Source: Hormiphora californensis
Lineage: Eukaryota; Animalia; Ctenophora
Direction: 5' to 3'
Length of the DNA stretch: 64,000 nucleotides
NCBI GenBank assembly: GCA_020137815.1
Contig: CM035361.1
Span: forward strand, 3,844,001 to 3,908,000
A program made the position numbers and the translations under genes. Shown here piece by piece: positions 12,723 through 26,462 of this stretch (position 1 is the stretch's first letter; the number at the start of each line of letters is the position of its first letter). Below the pieces are notes generated by a model. It was not told where the DNA came from. It was given only the letters and a program-made list of their open reading frames with translations, and searched no databases.

Positions 12723-14363
12723 TCTGTTTAGTGGTAGCCAGGGTATAGGCACGGGAATATCAGTATTTTGACTGAACCTCACTTTTCAGTCACCTTGTTA
12801 CAATACGTGACAACACTTACAGCTGTCAACAGAGAGGCTATCGTGAACATTATTCTTTATTAACTTGCAGCTGTATATCTCCTTGTAACACGTCCTCCAC
12901 ACCTGGATATAGGGGATCATCAAATCTGTCAGTTGTGCTAAGACAACTTTTGCATTTGCCAAGCTAGAAGCTGCGGGCCACGCACAACAAATGTAAAGGA
13001 GGGTTAGAACAAAAAAAAGACAACTTTAGGTATATATTATAAATAAAATATAGATCTAATTAGAACTCAGATTTCTTCTCAAGGGCTATTTTACTACAGT
13101 CGGACCCCGATAAATCATGGTCCGACTGTATTTTAATTTTTATTTACCAGGGTTAGGGGACCAGACAGTACCTCACTGTATCTCGTTCTTGGTCCCGACG
13201 AGAGTGCACTGGTGTTGTTCTTTTCCGAGACCCTACAGATAGTGCGATGTTATGTTAGCAGTATGAAGCTTCATCCAAAATCACCCATTTATCACACTTC
13301 ATGAAGTGTGATAAATGGGTGATTTTGGATCTGTCCACCTCAGCTGGTGTCATGATGTTGGCAGACATAAACTTGAGCTGATCAATATTAGAACAAAGTT
13401 CCATAAATTGAATTCAATATGGACATGTTATGCCCATATATGGGTATAATTCCTCATGTTATGCCCATATATGGGTATAATTTCTCACCTCAGGGTGAAT
13501 TTAGCACACGATTTACCATCGTCTGGATCGCATAAAATCTCACCCGCATGGTCAGAATTACACCAATAGGCTGAAGGAAGACAATAATATTAATATATAA
13601 GAGTGCGTTCTACCACCGTAGAAACTTGTTGAGTAAGGGGGAAGAGTTGAGTAAGGGGGAAGAGTGTCCCCCTTACTCAACAAGTAGAAACGATGGTGTA
13701 AACGATGGTGTAAACGATAGAGTAAAGAAGCTGTTGCCATGGCTCCGCAACAACTGAATTGGTGAAACAATTATTACATGTATAGCGATCGAGTCCACCC
13801 GATCATAGCGAATGTGTGATGTCAGATGTCAGATGTAAAAGAGCAGAGAACCTATAGTAGGTACTACTAGCATAGGACTATAGGTACTACCTACCTATTT
13901 TGAGAATTGTATTATCGACAGCAGACTGTACTGATTGGGTTCTAGAATATCCTTGTTCTAACACAGAAACACCATTATACTCCACAAGCTGCAGGGAAAT
14001 GTGTTATTATTATTAAAACACCCTCACAGATGCCCGTCAAATCGGGGTATTGTTATCGTATAGTGACAATAAGGTGTCACTGGACATGGTGTCCCTGGTT
14101 AAAGTGAACCAGCCGTAGCTTTACGATGCAAATCTTGGTGTGATTTGAATGTGATTTGGTATGATTTGGTGTGATTTGGTATGATTTGGTGTGATTTGGT
14201 GTGTTTTGGTGTGATTTGGTGTGATTTGGTGTGTGATTTGGTGTATTTTGGTGTGATTTGGTGTGATTTGGTGTGATTTGGTTACCTCTTTACAGTTGTA
14301 ACAACCAGTTATCACGTTAACAAAAGCCGCAGTTAGAAACAGTGAAATTCGCAGCAGACTCAT
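6915..14363 (-). CDS. Ly6/uPAR (three-finger)-like GPI-anchored Cys-rich protein with a tandemly duplicated internal exon block
   Basis: Signal exon from 14363 (MSLLRISLFLTAAFVNVITGCYNCKE). Exons ~11228-11146, 10920-10860 and 10437-10356 (duplicated at ~13570-12820) join in phase: YWCNSDHAGEILCDPDDGKSCAKFTLR-VSEK...YSE-VWRTCYKEIYSCK...VDS. Split codon T|GT = Cys joins terminal exon 7030-6915: CDMELCDSGDSCNSS + hydrophobic tail + stop. The link between exon 1 and the next exon is not resolved. Confidence 0.62.
7840..9740 (+). CDS. Papain-family (C1A) cysteine protease, cathepsin L-like, copy 2
   Basis: Exons 7840-7934, 8021-8275, 8418-8521, 8969-9193, 9308-9470, 9581-9740 join in frame. Same catalytic Q/C/H/N motifs as copy 1. 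Confidence 0.94.
9950..10257. repeat. (CT)n microsatellite (also ~12440-12717 and ~63865-64000)
   Basis: Read directly from the sequence. Confidence 0.95.
10475..10583. mobile_element. 109-bp hAT-type MITE (CAGGAACCGACCG...CGGTCGGTTCCTG family)
   Basis: 8-bp TSD CTGTCAGT, with an empty site in the duplicated block at ~12925. Other copies: 31128-31236, 45623-45731 (TSD ATGTGGAG), partial 2357-2428. Confidence 0.88.
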
Positions 14364-16026
14364 GATGATGAAATGCTATAGAAACGCTATAGAAGGCAAA
14401 CATAGGGTCGAATTATTCAATATTCTATAGGCGCAAGAGGGTTTAAAGACGAAATTGCAAAAACGAAGGTACTAGTTACAAGATACAAATCTCGCCATAT
14501 TGTATTAGAGTATCGGTTTAACGGAAGTGCAATATTTCTTTGGATAAAGCTGCTTTTGTCGACTATCGAATTGTTTCAACAATGATATCAAGAAACGTTT
14601 TACGTTTCATGTGAAACAATTGGAAGCGGAAGCAGTAAATAGAGTCGTGTTTCCAGCAAAGTTTCTCAGTACCATTTTTTATCCTGCCTCACCTTTTCTT
14701 CTTCCTTTCGCTCCCTCTCTTTTTTTCTCTCCCTTCCCCCCTCCGTTTCTCTCCCTCCCTCTCGTTTCTCTCCTTTCCCCACTTCGTTTCTCTCCCTTCC
14801 TCTCGAATGTATGTTCCCATGTGCTAATTTTTATAATTTTTACACAATACACGCTGCAACCTTTAATTAATTAATTTAGAAACCGTTAATTGGCATGTAT
14901 ACGGCATAGTATCTTGCCTTGGTTGACGAATGTGTCTTTCACGGCGGACTATAACAGGGCAAGTCAGGAAATAATTAAAGACCAGCGATTATAATGCCAG
15001 GAATTTGCTCATCGACAGATTGTGCTTTCCTTGGAGAAAATTGGCTTATGGTGCAGGCATGTGTGTGTTTATACTAAAAGTAATTCGTCTAGTAACTCGT
15101 TTGGTAGTGGTAGTTCGTCTGGTAATTCGTCGTTCCAACGATAATGACGATCCCAGCTGGGATGGTCATTATGACTGGGCCCAGTACGCTCAACCCACGC
15201 AGCACCAAAGAAAAAAGAAACACATTTATTGAGTTTAAAAACATTCTACAGCAATATGTAAAAAGTAAACAAACTTTCAATTTATTTTCCCTCGCGGAAA
15301 AAAAACTAAATTCTTTAGAAAGTGACGGCGGTCACGCAGTTCTACTTGAGCTAGGCATATTTATGATATTTGGAGTATTTTCTCAACACTTGTCAATCAT
15401 ATTGGTAACAATCAACAACTCGACGCAAAGCAGTGTTTGTTGCAAATAGTTCTAGAAGATTATTCGACCTTTAAATGTAGGTTTCAAGAGAAAGAGATCT
15501 CTTGAGAGGACAGCTGTATCCCTTCACCAATAGAGGAGAGGACTTTATACAGCTTCATTCGAATCAAAGTAGGTCATCAAACGCTGGGTTAGGGCACCTA
15601 GAGAGGATAAATTATAGACGATCACGAATTTAATGTTTAATAAAGCTCCAACAATACAAGCACATTTGGAGCAGGAGACAGTATAATAAGGCACATGTGG
15701 AGCAGGACACAGTAGACATGACAGCATGACACATGCATGGAGTTGCTAGTGGAAGCAGCGACACAAAACACACCTAGTGGTAATGACATTATATTAGTAA
15801 TGTGTGGTGGTAGGGCAATTCATATGAAATAACCCACTTTTTAGTGTGAGTGTGACTGTTCACCAAACCAAAAGTGTTGTGCACTTTTACTAAGCTGATC
15901 AATTATGTTTTCTAACTATTACATATAATACAACATGTGTAATTTAGTGTGTGTATGGCATGTGTTATGAAGGAAGGCTATGTATTATGAAGTCTGGGAT
16001 AATAAGATGCGCCAAAATATTGTATA

Positions 16027-16200
16027 CAGTCGGACCCCGATTTACCGGAACCCCGATTTTCTGGAACCCCGATTTACCGAGAGGATAAACTTCCCCCGAT
16101 ATAGGAAATAAACAGCATTTCACCCCGATATACCGTGCACCCCGATTTATCGTGCAAAACCCTTTCCCCAGAGCATTCTGGTAAATCGGGGGTCCGACTG
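16027..16200. mobile_element. Tc1/mariner-type MITE (CAGTCGGACCCCGATTTA family)
   Basis: TIR CAGTCGGACCCC...GGGGTCCGACTG flanked by TA. Related copies at ~10783, ~13096, ~16645, ~33563 and ~51236. Confidence 0.8.
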
Positions 16201-16723
16201 TACATGTACTCTCTCTCTCTCAGTACGTATGCAATATAATAAGGCAATTCTAGGTTCTGCTATGGTAGAATTGTGTATGCGTGCTACATTATTATATTTC
16301 CCTACTGCCATGCTAGAGAACCAATACATGCCCAGTTGATGCATGAATGGAATATTATATGTAATATATAGTTATAGTTATAATATAGTTGTATGAATAA
16401 TATTACATCTGATGAATGAAGAGCTATATAATGTGTTGTAATCTATTAATAATAGTATTATTATATTCACATGTACAGGCAACTCATTCGTCTAGTGGTG
16501 GTATAGCCTAGGCGGATGTGTGACAGATTTAATGGTCAACAATAAACCTAAAATACACTCACACATAACAAAACAGAACACACTCGAAGAGAACATCAAC
16601 ATTCAACTGTCAAACAGATATCATGATAATAATTATATCAGTCACAGTCGGACCCCGATTTACCGTGATACTCGGGGGAAAGGGTTTTGCCCATGGTGAA
16701 TCGGGGTCCGACTATATATACGA

Positions 16724-19700
16724 ATCAAAACCTAAGCTTATTGAACTTACTACTCCAGCGATCACACGATTTCTCTTTGTCCACATATCCATAGTAAATG
16801 GGTATAGCAGCCAGAGTGACACACAGCCACACTCCAGATATGAGGGGGGCTGTGTAGATAGATCCGAGGATAAGGTAGAGGGATGTTACGATAGCAATAA
16901 TGGGGATAAACAGCGGTACCTGGAGGGGGTAATTAATTAGTTAATTAATTATGATGAGAACCACTTTTACTATTATTTTCCTATCAATAAAAAAATTCAA
17001 AAACGAGAACTAATAAAATTCAAATTCATAATTGATAAAAACGATTAATTATCATCTAATTAACAAACTAACCCTGAAAGGTCGCTCCAAGTGGGGCTCT
17101 TTGAACCTCAGCACAATGACAGCAGCAAAACACAGGCCCCAAAATATCCAGCTGAGGAACCCCACATACACAATGAGGTTACCAATATTACTGGGCCAGA
17201 CGCAACACACTGATGTGAAACCCTGGGGAATAAGAGGGGTTATCACGGTTCTCTCGTGTTCCAATGCAGAAATGAGAATAGTTTCAGGTCAATGCTCTGA
17301 CTGCTCACAGAAATTACTGGGATACTACAGCTAGGCCAGAATACCATCTCACTAAATTCTAGTTTTGCTGGCAGCTTGTTTAGGTTTGTAGTTGTGAATT
17401 CTTCGATCTTTAACAGTTGGTGCTCACCAAAAAGAGAAGACTGGTAACGGGAGTTTTAGCCTTCTTTGAAACCAACCCAAACACAGAGGGTAACATGTGT
17501 TCCATCGTTCCCACGTGGGGTAACCTACAAAGAACACGTGTCATGGGGTATTACCTAGAGGGGGAATACGAGAGGATCGAGCGAGGCAAGTTTCAAAGTT
17601 AAGAAATTCAGCTCCCGAGACCCAAATGGAACCAAGACTATCACAGGTTTCAAATCCCGAACATGGTACCTTGCCTGCGTATTGTAGCAGGCCCTCCCGC
17701 GCAAACACGGACGTTCCTCCATGGTATACCTTGAGAATGATAGGATGATAGATAGCAGGGCACCAAAAGTTGACAAAGCCACACTTGCCCCAAAGAAATA
17801 ACGTCCAAAGAGCATCCAAGAGCTGCCGTATTCCGAGAAAAATGTCTCACCAGCTAACTGAAAATAATTGGAATTGACCGTAGTTTGATGTTAACCAACA
17901 TTGATGAGCGTGTGTGTGTCTTAATTGAAAAGGACTAGAATTGATAGACCAATCAAGATCTTAGTTTCCAAAAGTTTAACGTTTTATTCATTAACGTACC
18001 ACAGCAATTGATTCTGATTTCTTGAGTTCCTCAGGAGAGAGGATGGTGTGGTAAGATAGGTTGATCACCAGGTAGGATATGGTCACAACAACACCAGTTA
18101 TTATTAGTGCACGGGGCAGGTTCCTGAATGATAGATTTAGGATTATTTAGGTAGGGTAGGAGGGGGTAATTCGGGTCAGTTGGTAATTCGGGTCACTTGT
18201 TTGTAATTCGGGCCATTCTAATGTAACAAGATTTGGCGGGAAAATTTGAAATACGGAATATCGTTCATTTCCCGATTTTGGATTCAATTGGTATTCCCGT
18301 GAATTTGCGGAATTTTTTCGAGAAGAAAACATATGATTTTATCCAATGGGATAATTCAGCACTTATTGGCTAAGTTTTTGAAGGAATTACGTCATTATTG
18401 ATTTACCAAAATGACGTCATAAAACAGTGTGTCTAATTCGGGTCATGTTTGTAATTCGGGTCACAGGCAAAGCGGCTAATTCGGGTCACCTTATTTTTGC
18501 GATAAATCAGCAAGTTTGAGTGATTTCTGGCCCCATATTTTATGTTTTCTTCTCGATTTGGGGCCTCTGGGGGCCTTTAGGGGCCTCTTGGGGCCTCTAG
18601 GGGCCTTTAGGGGCCTCTAGGGGCCTCTAGGGGCTTTTAGGGGCCTCCAGGGGGCCTCTAGGGGGCCTCTAGGGGGCCTCTAGGGGCCTCTAGAGGGCCT
18701 CTAGGGGCCTCTAGGAGGCCTCTAGGGGCCTCTAGGGTCCTCTAGGGGCTTCTAGGGGCCTCTAGGGGGCCTTAAGGGGTCTCTAGGGGCCTCTAGGGGC
18801 CTCTAGGGGCCTCTAGGGGGCCTCTAGGGGCCTCTAGGGGCCTCTAGGGGGCCTCTAGGGTCCTCTAGGGGCTTCTATAAGGGGTCTCTAGGGGGCCTCT
18901 AGGGGGCCTCTAGGGGAATCTAGGGGGCCTCTAGGGGCCTCTAGGGGGCCTCTAGGGGGCCTCTAGGGGCCTCTAGGGGCCTCTAGAGCAGCAGTTCTAG
19001 AACAACGAAATCTACAAAGCAAATGTACACACAGCACTGCAAATATGCAGTGTTGTCTTAGTAACAGCCCCTCTCAAGTCGTATATGGGTAGCACGTGCC
19101 TCCCATATAAGGAATGATTAGATACACACGCTCTGACAGCCAACCAACAGCCAACCATCAGCCAACCAACAGCTGGCCCGAATTACAAACACTTGACCCG
19201 AATTAACCGCATGATTTCAGCGGCAACACGCTGTGTTGGTAATTCGGGTCATTTGGTCACGTGTTTGTTTGCGAGGGCTGTGATTGGCTGAATACGAGCG
19301 TGGCCCGATTTAGCCACTGACCCGAATTACCAACAATACGCAAACTAACGATTTCGTGGGCTTTTTTATGTGTGAAAAAGGTTGGATTTGAAAACTTCAA
19401 CAGTCCAAATATCTTAACAAGTGTCACATTGGATATAGTCCTAGGCATTTGGGTGAAATACAGGAATTTTTAGGTAACCATGCGAGACCTTCACTAAAAG
19501 TAGGCTATAGGTCCCTAGAATCACCAAAAAAAAGTTTACCACTTAAACTTCCCGAGAACATCTCTTAATTTGGCGTTAATTGGGTCTAATTGGCTAATAA
19601 TGAATTAAAAATTCAAAATCGTCGTAGAAGGTCGTAATTGGTCGCAATCGTTCAGAAATATTATTCTAATCATCTTTAAATCATAATTGTGACCCAATTT

Positions 19701-22700
19701 TGTAAAATTAGTGCCTAATTGGGCGTTAATTGGGTCAAATTGGGTCTAAATTCGGCAAAAATTCAAAATCGTTGTAGACGGTCGTGGTTGGTCGCAATCG
19801 TTCAGAAATATCATTCTTATCACCTTCAAAACATATTAGTGACTCAGCTCTGCCAAATTGGTGCATAATTGGTCCTAATTGGCTAAAAGTTACGCTTTTT
19901 AATGTTAGAACAAGAACGTCAATTTTCGCCCTGACTGGGGAAACAATTTGTAACATCGAAATTCCTTCACCAACGTGTCCATAAGGGTCTTCTGGAACAC
20001 CTCTTAGCTTTGTTCCTTGCGGGTTAAGGGGCAAAATGGTCATTTCCGGGTGAGTGTGCCACCTGTAACTTCAGGCAGTGCCCAATATTGACTTGACTTG
20101 ACTTAGGGCGGATTCCACGTGTGGTATTTCCGAACACCCAATATTGTAAATAGTTTAAGAATTGGAGTAGAGATAAAAATCAGGATAATAAAGCGTGTAG
20201 TGTCCTCGCATTAGTGGGGGTAGACAGTAGACACCCATGAAAAGTTCCTATCTCATTTGGTTAATTTGATAATTGGATAATTAGATGTATGCATATCCGT
20301 GTTTCAGCTATTATGTGGCTTAAACAGTTCATACTATGACCGACCATATTATGTGTCTCAGATCAGACCTGTGAATGATCCTGAGGCCCTGCTTGATACC
20401 CCTCATGTCCTGCTAGATACCTTTCAGATGTTGCTAGATACCGGAGATACCCCTAGAACCCCCTAAACCCTACTAGAAACCCCTCAGACCCCACCAGATA
20501 CCCCACCAGAGTCTACAAGATGCCCCTGAGATTCTACTAAGTACCCCTCAGACCCCATTAGATTCCCCTTTAAGAGTTGAGACCCTTCTAGATACCCCTC
20601 AGAGCTGAGAGCATCCTATCACCCTCATAAACACCCCTCAGAGCATCCTAGATACCTTAGAAATAATCTACCTAGCAGGGTTTGAGGGGTCTATGGGGTA
20701 TCTAATAGGGTCTGAGGGGTATTTAGAATGGTTTGAGAGATATCTACAACACGGGTCTGAGACGTGAGAGGTATCTATAAGGGTCTAATGGGTGTCTAGT
20801 AGAGTCTGAGTACATTTGAGGGGTATCTAGTACGGTATGTTGGGCGTCTAGAATGGTCTGAAGGGCATCTAGTGGAGTCTAAGGGGTATCTAGAAATATC
20901 TGAGTGATATCTAGCAAGGTCTACGTCTAAGGGGTGTCTAGAACTATAATATGGGTATCTAGGATGCTCTGAGGGGCATCTATAAGGGTATCAACTGTTA
21001 AAGGGGCATTTAATGGGGTCCGAGGGGTACTTAGTAGAATCTCAGGGGCATCTTGTAGGCTCTGAGGGGTATCTGGCGGGGTACAAGGGGTTTCTAGTAG
21101 GGTTCTAGGGGTATATAAGGGGTTCTAGGGGTATCTCCGCTAACTAGCAACATTTGAAAGGTATCTAGCTAGGGCATGAGGGGTATCAAGCTAGGCCTCA
21201 GGATCATTCACAGGTCTGAAATAAGCCACATAACATGGTCGGACATAGTATGAACTGTTTAAGCCATATAATAGCTGAAACACGGATATGCATACATCTA
21301 ATTATCCAATTATCAAATTAACCAAATGAGATAGGAACTTTTCATGGGTGTCTACTGTCTACCCCCACTAATGCGAGGACACTACACGCTTTATTATCCT
21401 GATTTTTATCTCTACTCCAATTCTTAAACCATTTACAATATTGGGCTCTGCCTGAAGTTACAGGTGGCACACACACCCGGAAATGACCATTTTGCCCCTT
21501 AACCCGCAAGGAACAAAGCTCATAGGTGTTCCAGAAGACCCTTAGGGACACGTTGGTGAAGGAATATCGATGTTACAAATTGTTCCCCAGTCAGGGCGAA
21601 AATTGACGTTCTTGTTCTAACATTAAAAAGCGTAACTTTTAGCCAATTAGGCCCAATTAGGACCAATTACGCACCAATTTGGCAGAGCTGAGTCACAAAT
21701 ATGTTTTGAAGGTGATAAGAATGATATTTCTGAACGATTGCGACCAACCACGACCGTCTACAACGATTTTGAATTTTTGCCCAATTTAGACCCAATTTGA
21801 CCCAATTAACGCCCAATTAGTCACTAATTTTACACAATTGGGTCACAATCATGATTTAAAGATGATTAGAATAATATTTCTGAACGATTGCGACCAATTA
21901 GGACCTTCTACGACGATTTTGAATTTTTAATTCATTATTCGCCAATTAGACCCAATTAACGCCAAATTAAGAGATGTTCTCGGGAAGTTTAAGTGGTAAA
22001 CTTTTTTTTGGTGATTCTAGGGACCTATAGCCTACTTTTAGTGAAGGTCTCGCATGGTTACCTAAAAATTCCTGAAACGGGCACTTTCTTACGCAAATGC
22101 CTAGGACTAATAAATTGAATAGATTTTATGTGCAGACATTCTTCCACAACCAAGGGAATACCACTTTAATCAAAAAGGTGACCCGAATTACCCCCGCCTA
22201 CCCTAAGTCCTTAAAATGATAATGAATTCGATTTAGGATTACATATTAAGGTTTTGTGTGTTAACGTTAGGAATCATGATTCCTGAATGAGAATATTAAA
22301 TTTAGGATTCTTTTGGTAAATTCGCTATTGTAATTCGGTCACTGTCTAATTTGCTGCGGCCGTTCTTTTGTTTTTGCTACTAGGCTCCTACCGAATATTT
22401 TGGGTAATGCGTAATCCCTCTAATCCGGATAATTCAATTCAGATAATAACCGAGATGTTAAACTTTTATCCGTACGTCCACGTACGTCCACGTGGACGAT
22501 AAATTCGTCATTTATCAGGAAGGTATTCCTGCAGGAAAACTCAAAACTTACTTTTTTGGATTCTTCACCTCGCTCGCTACCACATTGATACTCGTCCTGT
22601 AAGACAAAGAGAATACTTTAACAGGGGTGGTGGAACCAGTGCAGAGGGGAAGGGGTGTAGCCGAAGGGGGCTGGGTGGTTATCCTTAATCCTTATTGATG

Positions 22701-25700
22701 TAGTCTACATCAATAACTATAAGGATGTAGGTACTCTAAAGTCTAAGAGAACCTAAATAAATAAAACCTAATGCATGTATATTTAGAGATCGGAAAATGG
22801 AAATATAATTGCAGGTAATAGAAACTCTACTAACCAGCCATTGTAAGCCCATAGGGAGGAAAGTAGTGCATTGCTCCATCCAGAAAAGTCGGTGTTTGTC
22901 CCCTCAAATCCGGACGTTATGTTTTCTGTTCTTCCTATAATACAAGGTAGAGGAGGGTGGATATTGGCTGTATTGGCTGTTAGGATCACGGATTATAAGG
23001 CCCCTGGTGGTGATCATGTATCAGTAATTGAATTCCAACACTTACCCTTTCCTAAGAATACAACTGCCAGAATTATCAGGAATCCAATAGCGAGGAACTT
23101 CATAAACATAAAGAAGTTTTGTACCTTTACACCTGCCCTTGTACCGTAGATACAGATACTAACAACAACAACTGAAATGCAATGGTTACCATGGGAACAA
23201 CTAAAATGCAATGGTTACCATGGGAACAACTGAAATTACGGTTTCTATGAAAATGTTCCAGCTGGGAGCTGATTCAGTTGATAGGTTTTCTTGGAACATC
23301 AGCTCATAATGCAATGTTATGCATTTTATGGTTTTATCGAATTAAGCTTTGTTGATGACATGGTAGAGAGTTAACCCAGTTCCTCACCATACGCTCAAAT
23401 GTGAGCTTATGGTGAGGATCGAGTTGGGGCTCAATTGAAAATATCAAGGTAGCTAGGACTCATCAATGAGAATCGTCGACGAACTCAAGATCTTTAATAA
23501 TACAATAACACACTGCAACTTACCGATGGCGAGAGCAGCGATGAATTTCTTGACGATGGCAAAGTGAGCACTGTCACTGTCCATGAAGAGTGATAGGAAG
23601 TACGTCGAGAAGGTCAGAGCAATGACCGCGGGTCCCATGCTGCTCACGATCAACAACACCTGTGGTCTCGCATTTGTTTCGTCAGATGTGGGTAGCTCAA
23701 ACAAATATGTCCAAATATGGGCATACAAACTACCATATATGGACCGTTTTGTACTTTGTAGTCTCGCATTTGTTTCGTCAGGTGAGGGAAGTTCAAACAA
23801 ATATCAAATTATGGGAGATTGCGGCAAAATCGTCCCAAATATTGGCATACACATATATATACCCATATATGGGTGGTATGGTATAATGACCATATATGGG
23901 TATACTACTGCAGACATGCCCATATTTGGCTAATTCTAGCTCGGAGTTGAATTCTTACCCATAGGTTCACAAATGATGCCATTCTCCCATAAGTCAGCTT
24001 AATGTACTGGAGTTCTCCACCCGACTTGGGACAAAGGGCTCCTAGCTCCCCAAAACACATCGCACCTAGGAGAGAGATCAGAGTGAGAGAGAGTGGAGTC
24101 GATAGTGGGTCCAACTATAAAAGGAGAGAGGGTCAGAAAGTGGTTATGAGACTGAAAGAGAGTTGATGGAGAGAGGGGGAGAGAGTGGGTCAAACTATAA
24201 AAGGTATGAGACTGAGAGAAAGTTGTTAAATGATTGTTTGCTAGGATCGGAATGGCTTTAACTTATTTGCTAGTTTAATGTCTGCCATGGGAGTGAACCC
24301 CTTGGAAAACTTACCACAAAGAGCAAGAAGTCCTCCGATCATCCACATTAACAAAGAAACACCCATTGACCCGACACTCTTGATGATTACATTGGGTGAC
24401 ACAAATATACCTAGAGAAATACATACAGTGTCACAGTAGGGCTGTTATAGTCTGAAGTAGGTAAAATGGTCAACCAGGGGCTGTTATAGTCTGAATGGCC
24501 AGTTTTAGGGCACCATGGGGATTGTGCCTGAATCTCAGGTTCAGGTCATGGCTATTTACCTTTGAGACCTGAGATCTCAAGACTATTTGAGGTCCATGTT
24601 ACCTGAGCTGTTTGAAAAGTTCAAGATTCTTACCAGAGCCTATTATCTGCGATACTGCGATTGAGACAGTATGGGTGAGGGATAGAGTCTGCTCAAGTTC
24701 CCTGACCTTCAACGTACATTGCTCAATGTTGATACCCTGATCAACTGTCTCACTGACGAAAGTTATGATATTAGTCAAGCATTTAGTTGAGTAAACACAC
24801 ACACACATTGAGCAAGCTCCTCCCGGTGCTCCTACCCCCTCTACTAAAGCATTTAGTTCCTAGGAACTGGTAAATCGGGGACCGACTATATGAGCAATTC
24901 TTTAACCCTTTGGGGACGATAAGCCCCCTGTCGACAGAATTCTCTAAAACTTCCTGGAGACACTTACTTTGAACCTACTTGAACGCAGGAAAAGGAATTT
25001 TGGTTCTACCACCTGTATTTCTATTGGGTCACCTGTGACCCAATCGTCCCCTAACCCTAAAACAGGATTTGAGATTTCGCAGCTATTTTGCCCCATATTT
25101 CGAAAACCGCTCATTTTAGGCCCTATGTTTCTTCATAACACTTATATAAACCCGGCCATTCTGCACATTTTGCACACCCTATGGACCTCTCTATTTCATC
25201 TGTAGCCGATTTTAGAATTTCAAAATTGGCCGAGATGAAAAATTTTATGAAGGAGCACGGATCTCAAAAAATTTTTCATCGACTACCTATGATGTTGAGA
25301 TAACAATGATGGAGTCGGTTAGTCGCTAGCACCAGTTTCAAAAATGCCATTTTAGACATTTATCGGCGGCCATTCCTTTAGAATTGCTCGTAAAATGCAA
25401 ATTTCTGTTTTAGGCGTTAGGGGACGATTGGGTCACAGGTGACCCAGCACTTTGAAGGCCTCTGAGAGGCACAAAATTTGTAATATCACCCTGAAACTTT
25501 ACCCCGGGGTAAAACTACACACTTTTCTTGCATTTTCCAAGTCCATTTTAAGCATACTCGTACCAATTTTGAGATATGGCCATTAAACTACCCATTTTGC
25601 CTACCAAATGCACTGTTTTAGCCCTGTTTTCCGAAGTCGACAACTTCAGAGGCTCAAAACGACCTCAAAATGGTAGAAAAATGTATGTTTCAACACTGGA

Positions 25701-25953
25701 AACAACTTAAAACTTTCAAACATGATCTATAAAGACGCTAAATGGGTTCAAAGTACTGGGTCACCTGTGACCCAATCGTCTCCAAAGGGTTAAGGTACAA
25801 GAGGTAAGCTTTGAAAATTCCAAAAGACGAAACTTACGCTTCAGCGCAAAGAGTCCCATAAGACTTAAGTGGAACTGTATCTTTTTGTGGTTGATGGGTG
25901 TTATCCGGGATATCGTCGAGTGCCAGCGGGTTAACTGAAACCTTATCCTTCAT
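16724..25953 (-). CDS. SLC7/LAT-family (APC superfamily) amino-acid transporter light chain
   Basis: About 13 phase-consistent exons from ATG 25953. Motifs IIGSGIFVSP, GAMCFGELG..PKSGGE..Y, SLWAYNGW, NLPRAL, TFGALLS..SR, KEPHLERPFRVPL. The 3' end is approximate. Confidence 0.9.
18153..22203. mobile_element. TA-flanked TIR element with AATTCGGGTCA subterminal repeats and a GGGGCCTCTA satellite; hosts a foldback element
   Basis: TIR GGGTAGG(A/C)GGGGGTAATTCGGGTCA at both ends. Satellite at ~18560-18990. Confidence 0.72.
19438..22107. mobile_element. Foldback element with ~1.2-kb inverted arms
   Basis: GTCCTAGGCATTTG...CAAATGCCTAGGAC flanked by TA. 19438-~20670 is the reverse complement of ~20950-22107. 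Confidence 0.85.
24906..25789. mobile_element. piggyBac-type non-autonomous element
   Basis: TTAA TSDs; TIR CCCTTTGG(G/A)GACGAT; internal palindromic GGGTCACCTGTGACCC repeats. Confidence 0.82.
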
Positions 25954-26127
25954 TTTGCTAGGAAAGTTTTTAAGTACAAAGTGACATTATACACATATTA
26001 CACAAATAGAAGCATCAAAATAAGCACGAAACAGGGTGTGTGTCTGAATAAGGGAGATACAGGTTGTACTCCTTCATAAAACATCACAACGGAAGCAAGT
26101 ATCAAATAGTCTTGTTTGTTCATGAAA

Positions 26128-26462
26128 CAAAAAGGGGGGGTTGAGGGGTGACCTATTGGCTAACAAGATCCCCCCTGCAGTACTAAACGAACCCGGATTT
26201 TCCACTCTGACAAGAAACTTCACTTTCACCAAAAGTCATACCACACCATCGTATGCCCGTTTGAGCTCTTAATCCCCCTCCGCTAGCTTGGTTTTGGGCT
26301 ATGTCAACAAGCTATTGGGAGGAGGGAACGGTCCCAAAACCGATGCTTTTTCAAGCTAAATCTAAAGAAATCCATGTCACTCACCCCTCATGTGAAACCC
26401 TGTCACACCCGTGCTTGGAGCACAGAAGTCGGAGCGAGGTCACCCCTCAACCCCCCTTTTTG
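26128..26462. mobile_element. MITE with a 9-bp TSD (Mutator-like)
   Basis: TIR CAAAAAGGGGGGGTTGAGGGGTGACC; TSD TTCATGAAA. Confidence 0.7.
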
